Below are positions 29,572 through 39,048 of a DNA stretch of 64,000 nt, piece after piece. The notes under the pieces are model-generated. The model searched no databases. It was not told the DNA's origin and worked only from the letters and a program-made list of their open reading frames with translations. The first letter of the stretch is position 1; each line of letters opens with the position of its first letter. The position numbers and the translations under genes are program-made. The stretch is from Candidatus Eiseniibacteriota bacterium (GTDB taxonomy: Bacteria > Eisenbacteria > RBG-16-71-46). Where the stretch lies: assembly GCA_963717505.1 (NCBI GenBank), contig OY970342.1:1696001-1760000 (forward strand), in the 5' to 3' direction.

Positions 29572-30843
29572 CTACGGGAAGATCCCCCGCACCTTGGTCG
29601 CCTCGGCCACCCGGCTCACCGCCAGCACGTAGGCCCCGTCGCGCAGGCTGCACGTGTGCTCCTTGGCCTTGTAGGCCACCGCGCTGTAGGCGGTGGTCAT
29701 GTACTTTTCCAGCCGGCGATCGACTTCGTTCTCCTCCCAGAAGAACGAATAGAAGTCCTGCACCCACTCGAAGTACGACACGGTGACGCCGCCGGCGTTG
29801 GCCAGGATGTCGGGGATCACGGTGCGTCCGCGCTTGAACAGGATGTCGTCGGCCATCGGGGTGGTCGGACCGTTAGCGGCCTCGGCGATGATCTGCGCCT
29901 TGATGCGCATGGCGTTGGCCGAGGTGATCTGGTTCTCGAGTGCCGCCGGCACCAGGATGTCGACCGGCAGCTCGAGCAGCTGTCGATTGGTGACCGGCTT
30001 GCCGCCCTTGAAGGTCTTGAGGCTCGCCTTCTCGCCCTTGGGGCCGCGCTTCTCCTTGTGCGCCATCAGCGCCTTGGGATCGAGGCCCTTGGCCACGTAC
30101 ACGCCGCCGCCCGAGTCGGACGCCGCCACGATCCTGGCGCCCTCCTCGTGGAGTAGCTCCGCCAGGTTGCTGCCGGCGTTGCCGAAGCCCTGGATCGCGA
30201 CCGTAGCGCCCTTGAGCGACATCTTCCGCGCCTTGCATGCCTCGCGCAGCGTGAACTGCACACCACGCGCCGTCGCCTTGTCGCGCCCGCGCGAGCCGCC
30301 GAGTGACAGCGGCTTGCCGGTGACCACGCCGAGAACGGTGGCGCCCTTGGTCATGCTGTAGGTATCCATGATCCACGCCATGGTCTGCGAGTCGGTGTAG
30401 ACGTCGGGTGCGGGGATGTCCTGCCCGGGGCCGATCAGCGGCAGGATTTCGCTGGTGTACCGGCGCGTCAGTCGCTCCAGCTCGCCTCTGGACAGCGCGT
30501 GCGGGTCGACGATGACGCCGCCCTTGCCGCCGCCGAAGGGCAGGTCGAGGCAGGCGCACTTCCACGTCATCCACGACGCCAGTGCGCGCACTTCATCGAG
30601 GGTGACGTCGGGGTGGAAACGAATCCCGCCCTTGGCCGGGCCGCGCGCCATGTTGTGGGCCACACGGTAGCCCGTGAACACGCGATAGTTGCCGGTGTCC
30701 ATCCGCACCGGGATCGAGACCGTGAGCTCGCGCTTGGGGGTCGCGAGGATCGCCCTCATGCCGTCGTCGAGACCCAGTCGGCGCGCGGCGCGCTCGAACT
30801 GCGAGCGCGCGATCTTGAAGGGGTTCAGGTTCTCGCGAGGCAT
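29572..30843 (-). CDS. gdhA: Glu/Leu/Phe/Val dehydrogenase (glutamate dehydrogenase)
   Basis: GPAKGGIRFHP, MTWK, PFGGGKGG, DIPAPD, QGFGNAG, EAANGP, NAGGVTVSYFEW. Confidence 0.95.
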   Translation of the reverse strand: MPRENLNPFKIARSQFERAARRLGLDDGMRAILATPKRELTVSIPVRMDTGNYRVFTGYRVAHNMARGPAKGGIRFHPDVTLDEVRALASWMTWKCACLDLPFGGGKGGVIVDPHALSRGELERLTRRYTSEILPLIGPGQDIPAPDVYTDSQTMAWIMDTYSMTKGATVLGVVTGKPLSLGGSRGRDKATARGVQFTLREACKARKMSLKGATVAIQGFGNAGSNLAELLHEEGARIVAASDSGGGVYVAKGLDPKALMAHKEKRGPKGEKASLKTFKGGKPVTNRQLLELPVDILVPAALENQITSANAMRIKAQIIAEAANGPTTPMADDILFKRGRTVIPDILANAGGVTVSYFEWVQDFYSFFWEENEVDRRLEKYMTTAYSAVAYKAKEHTCSLRDGAYVLAVSRVAEATKVRGIFP

Positions 30844-30852
30844 CGATCCTCC

Positions 30853-31755
30853 CTAGGATTTGCGGCGCGGACGGCGGGTGCCGCCGCGCGGTTTCTCGCG
30901 TCCACCGGCCGCGGCCGCGTACGCGAGTCGAATGTTCTGTTCGTGGATCGGTTCGGTAGGGTACTCCGTCGATCGTTTGCCGGGATAGTCCAAACCGGCG
31001 AGTCCGTCGATCACCGACTCCACTGAGCGGCCCGCGCGCACCGCGTCGTGCGCCGCGTGTTCGATGGTATCGAGATAGTCCAGGTCGGCCTGGAATCGAT
31101 CTAGCACGTCCTCGCGACCCCGAGCGATCGCGCCGTGGCCGGGGATCAGGGTCTGGATCGCGCCGCCATGCGCGATCGGCAACAGCGCGTCGAGCGATTG
31201 GCGGTAGGTGTCGGGGGGCTGGTGCAGGTCGGGGATCTCGAGGTCCGAGAGCATGTCGGCCGCAATCAGCACGCCGTGCTCGGGTAGATGGACGTTGATC
31301 TGGTGCTCGCAATGCCCGGGCGCGCTCCGGAACACCAGCCGCCACGGGCCGACCATACGAAAGTGGAGCCCGCTGACTTCGTGGTCGATGCGATAGGGCG
31401 CGAACGGGCGGGGCCAGGTTTCGCCGGCAGCCGACGCCAGAGCCTCGGCTTCCTTGGAAAACGCCGCGACCTTGTCGCGCATCGCTCCCGAAAACGCATC
31501 GTGGGCGATGGTCTCGGCCTCCGGCCACCACGAGCGCCCGAGCACGTGGTCCCAGTGAGCATGAGTGAAGACCAGCGTTACCGCGACCGGCGCCACTTCG
31601 CGCACGGATTGCGCGAGGTCGTCGATCTCCGACGGCAGGATTCCCGGATCGACGATCACCGTGTGCTCGGCATGTAGCAGGAGCACGCTGTTCATCGCGT
31701 ACCGGCGACTTTGGCGGACGCGGATGCCGTTGCCGAGATCGGTCCAGCCGGCCAT
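30853..31755 (-). CDS. MBL-fold metallo-hydrolase
   Basis: THAHWDH, PGH, AADM and IPGHG motifs. Confidence 0.88.
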   Translation of the reverse strand: MAGWTDLGNGIRVRQSRRYAMNSVLLLHAEHTVIVDPGILPSEIDDLAQSVREVAPVAVTLVFTHAHWDHVLGRSWWPEAETIAHDAFSGAMRDKVAAFSKEAEALASAAGETWPRPFAPYRIDHEVSGLHFRMVGPWRLVFRSAPGHCEHQINVHLPEHGVLIAADMLSDLEIPDLHQPPDTYRQSLDALLPIAHGGAIQTLIPGHGAIARGREDVLDRFQADLDYLDTIEHAAHDAVRAGRSVESVIDGLAGLDYPGKRSTEYPTEPIHEQNIRLAYAAAAGGREKPRGGTRRPRRKS

Positions 31756-31766
31756 GGGCGTGGGAC

Positions 31767-32770
31767 TCAGCTCGAAGGCGCGCGAATGCGACCGGCGATC
31801 AGCTCGCGCTCGAGCGAGTCCACGGCGGCCTTGATCGGGTCGGGGATCAGCGCGCGGTTGCGCTCGTCGTAGACCCAGCCGACACCCTTCTCGGCGAGCC
31901 CAAACTCCTGGATTCCGCCGCGCCAGCGCCCGGCCTGGGCCTCGCGAATACAGTCGAACACCGCGACGTCGACGCGCTTGATCATCGAGGTCAGCACGAC
32001 TCCCGGGGCTTCGTCGTGCTGGTCCGAGTCGACTCCGATCGCCAGCTTGCTCAGCTCGCGCGCGGCTTCGAACACACCGAGGCCAGTCGAGCCCGACGCG
32101 TGAAAGATGATATCTGCGCCCTGGTGATACTCAGAGAGTCCGAGTTCTTTGCCTTTGGTCGGATCCTTGAACGCATTCCCCGTCGTGCCGGCGTATTTCA
32201 CGAGCACTTTGGTTCCGGGCTTCCCGGCCTCGACCCCGGCGCGATAGCCGGCCTCGAACTTCTTGATCAGCGGAATCTCCATGCCGCCGACGAATCCGAC
32301 CGTGCCGGTCTTCGACAACTGCGCGGCCAGCGCGCCGACCAGGAACGAGCCTTCCTCCTCGCGGAACTTGAGCGCGACCAGATTCGGCGGCAGCGACTCG
32401 CCCGGCGTTACCGTGTAGTCGACGCACGCGAAGTGAACGTCGGGGAACTCCTTGGCGAGCTGCTTGATGTCGTCGGTGAACAGGAAGCCGACGCCGAACA
32501 CCAGCTTGGAGCCGCCGGCGGCGAGCTGGCGCATGCCGGCCTCGCGATCGGCGCCCTCGCCGCTCTCGAGCGTGGTGAAACGAACGCCCAACTCGCGCTC
32601 GGCGCGCTCGAGCCCGGCGTAGGCGGCGTCGTTGAACGACTTGTCGCCGCGCCCTCCGACGTCGAACACCAGTCCGACTGGAAACGCGTCGCTCGCGGGC
32701 TCCGGGGTGCGCGCACCCGAGCCGCACCCGGCCAGCACGAAGACCAGGCCACGAGCCACAGCGATCTCAT
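31767..32770 (-). CDS. BMP-family nucleoside-binding lipoprotein (apparent 1-nt frameshift in the signal peptide)
   Basis: [48 protein letters not shown] plus ATG at 32770 is out of frame with the body; the in-frame alternative is GTG 32759. Confidence 0.85.
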
Positions 32771-33426
32771 CGGTGAAGTCTCCTGCCGACGCGCGCGCGC
32801 GCGCGCCGCCTCGGCGGACGCGCCACCATGCCGCGCTCGCGCGCCACGGCGGAGGCTGCTCGATCGCCCAGCTCGAAACAACGGCGGCACCGCGCCTCGT
32901 ACAGCTCCGAGCCGCCGACCACCACCAGGCCACCGCGCCGCACCTTGCGGTAGGTGCGGTTGGCAGGATTGCCGCACACCACGCAGATCGCGAGCGTCTT
33001 GGTGATGTACTCGGCGATCGCCAGCAGGCGCGGCATCGGTTCGAACGGCCGGCCTTTGTAGTCCTGGTCGAGCCCGGCAACGATCACCCGCTTGCCGCGG
33101 CCGGCGAGCGACTCGCACACCGTCACCAGGTCGTCGCCCAGGAACTGGCCTTCGTCGATGCCGATGACGTCGGCTTCGTCGGCGTGGCGCAGGATCTCGC
33201 GCGCGGTGCGCACCCGCCGCGACGGAATGCGCACGTCGCTGTGCGAGACGATGTGGTCTTCCGCGTAGCGGACGTCGAGCACGGGCTTGAAGATCTCGAC
33301 CGCCTGGCGCGCGATCTGAGCCCGGCGCAAGCGGCGGATCAGCTCCTCGGTCTTGCCGCTGTACATGCTGCCGACGATGACTTCGATCCAGCCCGTGCCG
33401 GGCCGCCGCGGATGAGGTTCGGTCAT
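32767..33426 (-). CDS. tdk: Thymidine kinase
   Basis: [26 protein letters not shown]...YEARCRRC zinc motif. Confidence 0.95.
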   Translation of the reverse strand: MTEPHPRRPGTGWIEVIVGSMYSGKTEELIRRLRRAQIARQAVEIFKPVLDVRYAEDHIVSHSDVRIPSRRVRTAREILRHADEADVIGIDEGQFLGDDLVTVCESLAGRGKRVIVAGLDQDYKGRPFEPMPRLLAIAEYITKTLAICVVCGNPANRTYRKVRRGGLVVVGGSELYEARCRRCFELGDRAASAVARERGMVARPPRRRARARVGRRLHR

Positions 33427-33435
33427 GAACGATGG

Positions 33436-33464
33436 ACGCTAGCCACGCGCGGCGGGGGTGTCAA
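33436..33464 (-). promoter_or_regulatory. Sigma70-type promoter of tdk (short leader)
   Basis: Minus strand TTGACA-N17-TAGCGT, 9 nt before ATG. Confidence 0.65.
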
Positions 33465-33485
33465 CGCTCGATCACCTCGTCCGAA

Positions 33486-34943
33486 CTACCTGGGACCGGG
33501 GAGCTTCACGACGCGCTCCTGTGGCAGGTGGTCGAGGATCGCGCGGATTGCGCGCATGCTGCCCACCCATTGCCCGGCCTGGACGCCGATGCGAAAGCCA
33601 TCCTCGCCGAACAGGTCGACGGATCCGTCCGGGGTGACGACCGCGGCCGCGCACGCTTCGAAGAAGATCGTGATGTCGCCCCCCGGCGGGGAACGCAGAG
33701 TGACGCCGCGCTCGCCGACCGTCAGGCGCGGACCCTTGGACCACGGGAAGCGGACCGTGGCGTGGCGGAACGTCTCGCCTTCGACCGATTCCTCGGACCA
33801 CACCGGATAGGACTTGAACGCGATCGGCTCGGCGCACTCCGGGGGTTGGATCAACAGCGCCGTCTTCATGGCCGAAGTCAGGCGGCGGCCGATCTCGGCC
33901 CCATCGAGCGCTTCGATCTCGGCCTGCATCTCGTCCCACGTCTGTTGCGGGGATCCGAGCAATTCGTTGAATGCCGCGTAACACGCCGAATTCCAGCCCG
34001 CGTCGGGGTCGATCCGCTGGCGGCGGTGGCCCTCGACCACCCGATTCATCTCCTCGGGAGTGGCGCCTTTGCGCGCCACTTCGCGAAGTGAGGCGACCAC
34101 GCCATCGCGCACCGTTTCGGCATTCTCGGGCAGACAGGTGGCCCACAGAGTTACGTGCCCGCGTTCCGCGTCCAACGGCTCGTACATGCCCCGAACGTCG
34201 TAGGTCAGACCTCGCTCGTAGCGGAGGTCCTGGCGCAGACGCGCGGCCGCGATGTCGAACCCGAGCGATAGCCAGTCCCGCCGCGGGACCGCGCACGACA
34301 GGCTGACGGCGCCGCCGCCGCCGCGAAACCAGGTGGGGAACGCGACGTCGGGTATGCCTTTCACCGTCGGTCCCGGCTGGCGCGAGCCGGACGGAAGCGT
34401 CAGGCGCACGCCTGAGAGCGCCGATTCGGACAGCACCAGCGCCGCGTTTCCGGCGGTGAACGATCGCGCCGCCCACGCACGCACCCGCTCGGGATCGGGG
34501 ACCAAGTGCGCCAGCTCGGGCATGCGACGCAATCCGTGTCCGGTGGCGCCGAAGCGCAGCCACAAGTGATCCTCGAGGAATCCGCTGGCAGTCGCCGCGG
34601 CTTCGGTCCGCAAGACCCGCGCCTCGTCCGGCACGCGCGTGTACGGCAGGTCGCCCAACGCCCGCGTCACATGGGTCAGGAATTCCGCGGCCTCCGCTGG
34701 AGTTCCGGTCATGCCGAACTCGGTGGTCAGGCCGGTGACCCGGCCGTTGTAGGAGTACGGCGTGCGCTCGCCGAGCCCGAACAGTCCGAGATGCTCGACC
34801 AGGTGGCTGATTCCGGATTCGACCAGGGTCTCGTCGGCGCGACCGACCCGGAACATCAACAACGCCGAGCAGCGCTCCGGACCGTCTGCGACGAACGTGG
34901 GGACGCCGTCGATCTCGGTTCGTTCGAACCCGTCGGCCGCCAT
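33486..34943 (-). CDS. M16 (insulinase) family peptidase
   Basis: FRVG.ADE...GISHLVEH inverted zinc motif; LR.ERGLTY. Confidence 0.8.
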   Translation of the reverse strand: MAADGFERTEIDGVPTFVADGPERCSALLMFRVGRADETLVESGISHLVEHLGLFGLGERTPYSYNGRVTGLTTEFGMTGTPAEAAEFLTHVTRALGDLPYTRVPDEARVLRTEAAATASGFLEDHLWLRFGATGHGLRRMPELAHLVPDPERVRAWAARSFTAGNAALVLSESALSGVRLTLPSGSRQPGPTVKGIPDVAFPTWFRGGGGAVSLSCAVPRRDWLSLGFDIAAARLRQDLRYERGLTYDVRGMYEPLDAERGHVTLWATCLPENAETVRDGVVASLREVARKGATPEEMNRVVEGHRRQRIDPDAGWNSACYAAFNELLGSPQQTWDEMQAEIEALDGAEIGRRLTSAMKTALLIQPPECAEPIAFKSYPVWSEESVEGETFRHATVRFPWSKGPRLTVGERGVTLRSPPGGDITIFFEACAAAVVTPDGSVDLFGEDGFRIGVQAGQWVGSMRAIRAILDHLPQERVVKLPGPR

Positions 34944-34957
34944 GATTCCCCCCAGGC

Positions 34958-35608
34958 TCAGGCTCGTGCGGGGACGGGCTCGACGCCGCGCTCGCGCAAC
35001 AGCTCGCGAATCTTGGTCTTGAGGAGGTCGACCGCGACCCGGTTGTGCCCGCCTTCGGGGACGATCAGGTCGGCCCAGCGCTTCGCGGGCTCGACGAACT
35101 GCAGGTGCATCGGGCGCACGCTCTCTTCGTACTGGCGCACGATGCTGTCGACCGAACGCCCGCGCTCCATCAGGTCGCGTCGCAGGCGGCGGATGAAACG
35201 GACGTCGGGATCGGCGTCGACGTAGAGCTTGATGTCCATCATCGCGCGCAGTTCGGGGTCGGTGAAGATCAGGATGCCCTCGAGCACGATGACCGTGTGT
35301 TCGCCGACCGTGCGGGTCTCCGACAGCCGGCGGTGCTCGGCGTAGTCGTAGATCGGTTGCTCGATCGCGCGACCCTCGAGCAGCTCGCGCACGTGGTGGC
35401 GCAGGAGGTCCTGGTCGAACGCGTCGGGATGGTCGAAGTTTCGCGACTCACGGTCGCGAAACGGCACGTCCTCGAGATTCTTGTAGTAGGAGTCCTGGTC
35501 GATGATCACGACGCGGTCCGACCCGAGGTCGCGCACGATGTTTCGCGCCACCAGAGTTTTGCCCGAGCCGGAGCCGCCCGCGAGGCCGATGAGGATTCGG
35601 CGCGACAC
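34958..35608 (-). CDS. udk: Uridine kinase
   Basis: GLAGGSGSGKT, QDSYY, NFDHPDAFD, RRLRRD..ERGR, VRPMHLQFVEP. Confidence 0.95.
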   Translation of the reverse strand: MSRRILIGLAGGSGSGKTLVARNIVRDLGSDRVVIIDQDSYYKNLEDVPFRDRESRNFDHPDAFDQDLLRHHVRELLEGRAIEQPIYDYAEHRRLSETRTVGEHTVIVLEGILIFTDPELRAMMDIKLYVDADPDVRFIRRLRRDLMERGRSVDSIVRQYEESVRPMHLQFVEPAKRWADLIVPEGGHNRVAVDLLKTKIRELLRERGVEPVPARA

Positions 35609-35614
35609 GGCGGC

Positions 35615-35644
35615 ACGCTAGCACCGGGTCTTGGCGGCGGGCAA
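35615..35644 (-). promoter_or_regulatory. Probable leaderless promoter of udk
   Basis: Minus strand TTGCCC-N18-TAGCGT, 6 nt before GTG. Confidence 0.55.
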
Positions 35645-35671
35645 AGGATCCCCGGCCCACGGCCTCGCGTA

Positions 35672-37075
35672 CTACTTCCCGGCGCCCTTCTCGGCCATCC
35701 GGTACATGAGCTGCGCCATGTTCGCGGGCGTCGTGAAGTAGTCCGCCCACTGCGCCAGGTTTGGCCGCTCGATCAGGTCGTAGCGGCGCCGGTACTCCCG
35801 CCAGAAGTCTTCGCCGCCCGACAGCTCGCGGGTGGCCGCCGAGGTCGCGAGCGTCATGAGCAGGCCGCGGTCGGTGGCCATGCGCTGGCGCATGTCGCGC
35901 GTCATCGGCCCGCCGATCAGCCAGCGCACGCCGGCCTGGAGCGAGTAAAACTCTTCGGGCCGGATCTGCGACTGGGTCATCGCTAGCATGGCTTCGAGGT
36001 ACGACTCGCGAATGATGCCGATCTCGTAATCACTCGCGGTCACGATCGGATAGATGCGGACCAGTTCGGGGTCGTCGATGATCGAGTACTGGAATCTCGA
36101 AGGGATCACCTTGGTGCGCGGCCAGCGCGCCGAGAACGCCGAGCCGATCATGATCGAATGGAGGAACAGGCTGGGGTGCAAGGTGTCGGACAGCGCCGGG
36201 GTGATGATCCCAATCACGCCGATCGGCTCGTCGAGGTCCGTGCGATCGACCCAGTAGAGGGCGGAATCCGGACGAGCGGGTGAGGTCTGCGCCGGGGCTT
36301 TCCCGGCGGGAATCGCACCGAACTCGCCCTGCAGCACGCGATCGAGGTCGAGGCCGGAGGCCTTGAGGTCGCCGGCCAGGCTGAGCACGGCGTTCGCGGG
36401 CACCAACCACTCGCCCGCCACGCGTCGCAGATCCTCGATCGTGACCTTCTCGATACCGCGGCCCGATGCGTAGCGCTCGGCCCGCGCGTAGCCGCCGGGT
36501 GCCGCGATCTCGCGCACCTGGTAGTAGAGTGCCGAGGCGGGCACGTCTCGATAATTGCGAGCCAGCCGGCCACGCACGTCCGACTGCGTGGCGGCGAGCA
36601 CCTTGGGGGAGATGGTGACGCCGCGCATGCGCAACGCGACCTGGTGCAAGACGCCGGGGAATTGCTGCAGTGACGCGATCTCGGTGAACCGCGTGGCACG
36701 GCGCGTGACTTCCACGTTCCAGCCCATGGGCCGTGCGCTGTCAAGGGCTTGATCATCGCGCTCGGGGATCTCGCCGGCGGCCGCGCGGAACGCGGCATTG
36801 GCGAGCAGGGTGGTCAAACCCTCGCGGCCCTCGGCGTCGTGGTCGGTGCCCAATCCGTAGGCGACCGAGATCGCGATGGCGCCGCATCCGGGGACGTCGC
36901 GGGTGACGACGCGCAGGCCGTTGGTCAGACGGAGGTGGCGAACCACCGTGCCGTCGGGGAGCGAGTCGGGAGCCGTTTGGGCTCGGGCGGCCCGTAGTGC
37001 TTCGGGGTGCGCATGACTGGCGAGCCAGAAGGCCGCGGCCAGGACCGGAATCATTGCCAGGCGAGCGAGCGACAC
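35672..37075 (-). CDS. Secreted M16-like protein, probably non-catalytic
   Basis: LTNGLRVV, G...D..G.EGL, PANAVLSLAGD; lacks HxxEH; GTG start after GAGGAG. Confidence 0.7.
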   Translation of the reverse strand: MSLARLAMIPVLAAAFWLASHAHPEALRAARAQTAPDSLPDGTVVRHLRLTNGLRVVTRDVPGCGAIAISVAYGLGTDHDAEGREGLTTLLANAAFRAAAGEIPERDDQALDSARPMGWNVEVTRRATRFTEIASLQQFPGVLHQVALRMRGVTISPKVLAATQSDVRGRLARNYRDVPASALYYQVREIAAPGGYARAERYASGRGIEKVTIEDLRRVAGEWLVPANAVLSLAGDLKASGLDLDRVLQGEFGAIPAGKAPAQTSPARPDSALYWVDRTDLDEPIGVIGIITPALSDTLHPSLFLHSIMIGSAFSARWPRTKVIPSRFQYSIIDDPELVRIYPIVTASDYEIGIIRESYLEAMLAMTQSQIRPEEFYSLQAGVRWLIGGPMTRDMRQRMATDRGLLMTLATSAATRELSGGEDFWREYRRRYDLIERPNLAQWADYFTTPANMAQLMYRMAEKGAGK

Positions 37076-37217
37076 GAATCTCCTCAAGGTCGGGTGCGCG
37101 GGGCACGTTAGGTGGGAGAGCGGGCCGTCGAGTGTACCGCGGCCGACCGGTCGGGCGACAGGGGGCCCGCTGCGGGGGACGCGCAAAGGGGTCACCCCAG
37201 CATAACCTTGCCGCTTC

Positions 37218-37247
37218 TTGACCCCTCGGTGTCGCCGTTCCTATCCT
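37218..37247 (+). promoter_or_regulatory. Sigma70-type promoter of rpiB-add (short leader)
   Basis: TTGACC-N18-TATCCT, 9 nt before ATG 37257. Confidence 0.6.
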
Positions 37248-37256
37248 CCCGCACCC

Positions 37257-37850
37257 ATGTCCGGCGCCGACGAATCCGAAGTTCGCCGCCTGGTACGCGA
37301 AGCCGTCGACCGCGCGCTTGGTGGTTCCGCCTCTGGCGGCGCTGCGCCACGCCCCGGTCCTCCGCCCGAAGCGCCCTCGTCGCCTTTGCCGGCCGCCGCG
37401 CGCCGCGTCGCACTCGGCAGCGATCACGGCGGCTACGCGCTCAAGGAAGTCCTCAAGCGAGCGATCGCCGACGATACCGACTTCGAAGTGCTCGACTGCG
37501 GCACTCACTCCTCGGAAGCGGTCGACTACCCGGACTTCGCCGCCGCGGTCGCGCGCGAGGTCGCCTCAGGCCGCTGCAGCCGCGGCATCGTCATCGATGC
37601 CGCGGGCATCGGCTCGGCGATGGCGGCCAACAAAGTCGCGGGCGTGCGCTGTGCGGTCTGCCACGACGCCGACAGCGTGGTCAACGCGCGCGAGCACAAC
37701 GACGCCAACGTCATGTCGCTCGGCGCACGCTTCGTGAATCGCGGACTGGCGACGCGTATGGCGCGTCTGTTCCTGACGCTGTCGTTCGCCGGCGGGCGCC
37801 ACGAGCGGCGCGTGCTCAAGATCATGGCACTCGAGCGCGGCAACCGCTGA
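37257..37850 (+). CDS. rpiB: Ribose-5-phosphate isomerase B
   Basis: GSDHGG, DYPD, GIGSAMAANK, AREHNDANV, FAGGRHERR; short N-terminal extension. Confidence 0.92.
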   Translation: MSGADESEVRRLVREAVDRALGGSASGGAAPRPGPPPEAPSSPLPAAARRVALGSDHGGYALKEVLKRAIADDTDFEVLDCGTHSSEAVDYPDFAAAVAREVASGRCSRGIVIDAAGIGSAMAANKVAGVRCAVCHDADSVVNAREHNDANVMSLGARFVNRGLATRMARLFLTLSFAGGRHERRVLKIMALERGNR

Positions 37851-38923
37851 TGCGCCTGACCCAACGCGTCCTGGCGCGACTGCCCAAGACCGAGCTCCAC
37901 TGCCACCTCGACGGCTGCCTACGCCCCAAGACCGTGCTCGAGCTGGCGCAGGCCCAGGGCGTGAAGCTGCCGACCAACAACCTGCCGCGCCTGACCCGCG
38001 TCCTGCAGGCTGGCCGACGCACCCGCAACCTGGGCGATTACCTCAAGATCTTCGACTACACGCTGGCGGTCATGCAGGAACGCGATGCGCTCTACCGAGT
38101 GGCGCGTGAGCTGGTCGAGGACTCGGCCGCCGAGAACATCCGTCACCTCGAAGTGCGCTACTCGCCGATCCTGCATCGCAAGCGCAAGCTGCCGTACGAG
38201 ACCATCGTCGAGACGGTCACCAAGGGGCTGTACGACGCCGGGCGCAAGCACGGCGTGTCGACCGGCGTCATCATCTGCGGCATCCGGTCGATGAATCCGC
38301 GCTACTCGCTGATGCTCGCCGAGCTGGCGGTTGCCTACAAGAGCAAGGGCGTGCTCGGTTTCGATCTCGCCGGCCAGGAGAAGGACTACCCGGCCAAGGC
38401 GCACCGTGCCGCGTTCCAGCTCGTGATCAAGAACAACGTCAACTCGACGGTGCATGGCGGCGAGGCGTTCGGCCCGGCGAGCATCGCCCAGGCGCTCCAC
38501 TACTGTGGCGCCCATCGCATCGGGCACGGCACGCGCCTGGTCGAGGATCGCGACCTGATGCGCTTCGTCAACGACCACCGGATCCCGCTCGAGGTCTGCC
38601 TGACCTCGAACGTCCAGACCCGCGTCGTACCCAGCATCCAGAAGCACCCGTTCGGTTTCTATTTCAAGGAAGGTCTCCGGGTCACCCTCAACACCGACAA
38701 CCGTCTGATGTCCGCGACCACGGTCACCGCCGAGCTGGCGCTGGCGGCCCGAGCCTTCCACCTGAGCCCCTATGAGGTGCGGCGGATCATCATCAACGGC
38801 TTCAAGAGCGCCTTCCTGCCCTACGCCCAGAAGGCCCGGATGCTGCGCGAGGTCAGTCTGGAGATCGACCGGGTCTTCATGGAGGAGTTCCCGGCCGAGT
38901 ACGACCGCCGGGTGAGCTACTAG
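37850..38923 (+). CDS. add: Adenosine deaminase
   Basis: LPKTELHCHLDG, EVRYSP, GFDLAG, TVHGGE, RIGHG, NTDN. Confidence 0.93.
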   Translation: MRLTQRVLARLPKTELHCHLDGCLRPKTVLELAQAQGVKLPTNNLPRLTRVLQAGRRTRNLGDYLKIFDYTLAVMQERDALYRVARELVEDSAAENIRHLEVRYSPILHRKRKLPYETIVETVTKGLYDAGRKHGVSTGVIICGIRSMNPRYSLMLAELAVAYKSKGVLGFDLAGQEKDYPAKAHRAAFQLVIKNNVNSTVHGGEAFGPASIAQALHYCGAHRIGHGTRLVEDRDLMRFVNDHRIPLEVCLTSNVQTRVVPSIQKHPFGFYFKEGLRVTLNTDNRLMSATTVTAELALAARAFHLSPYEVRRIIINGFKSAFLPYAQKARMLREVSLEIDRVFMEEFPAEYDRRVSY

Positions 38924-38980
38924 CCCTGCCCTCCGGCCCGCGCCCGACGGGGCGCCGAGTCGGCCCCCCTTCACTATCCC

Positions 38981-39010
38981 TTGACCCCCGGGCCGGGCCC
39001 AGCGTAGCGT
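38981..39010 (+). promoter_or_regulatory. Sigma70-type promoter of the TonB receptor operon
   Basis: TTGACC-N18-TAGCGT. Confidence 0.6.
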
Positions 39011-39048
39011 CGCCCATCCCATCTTTCGAGGTTCTCGCCAACACCCCC

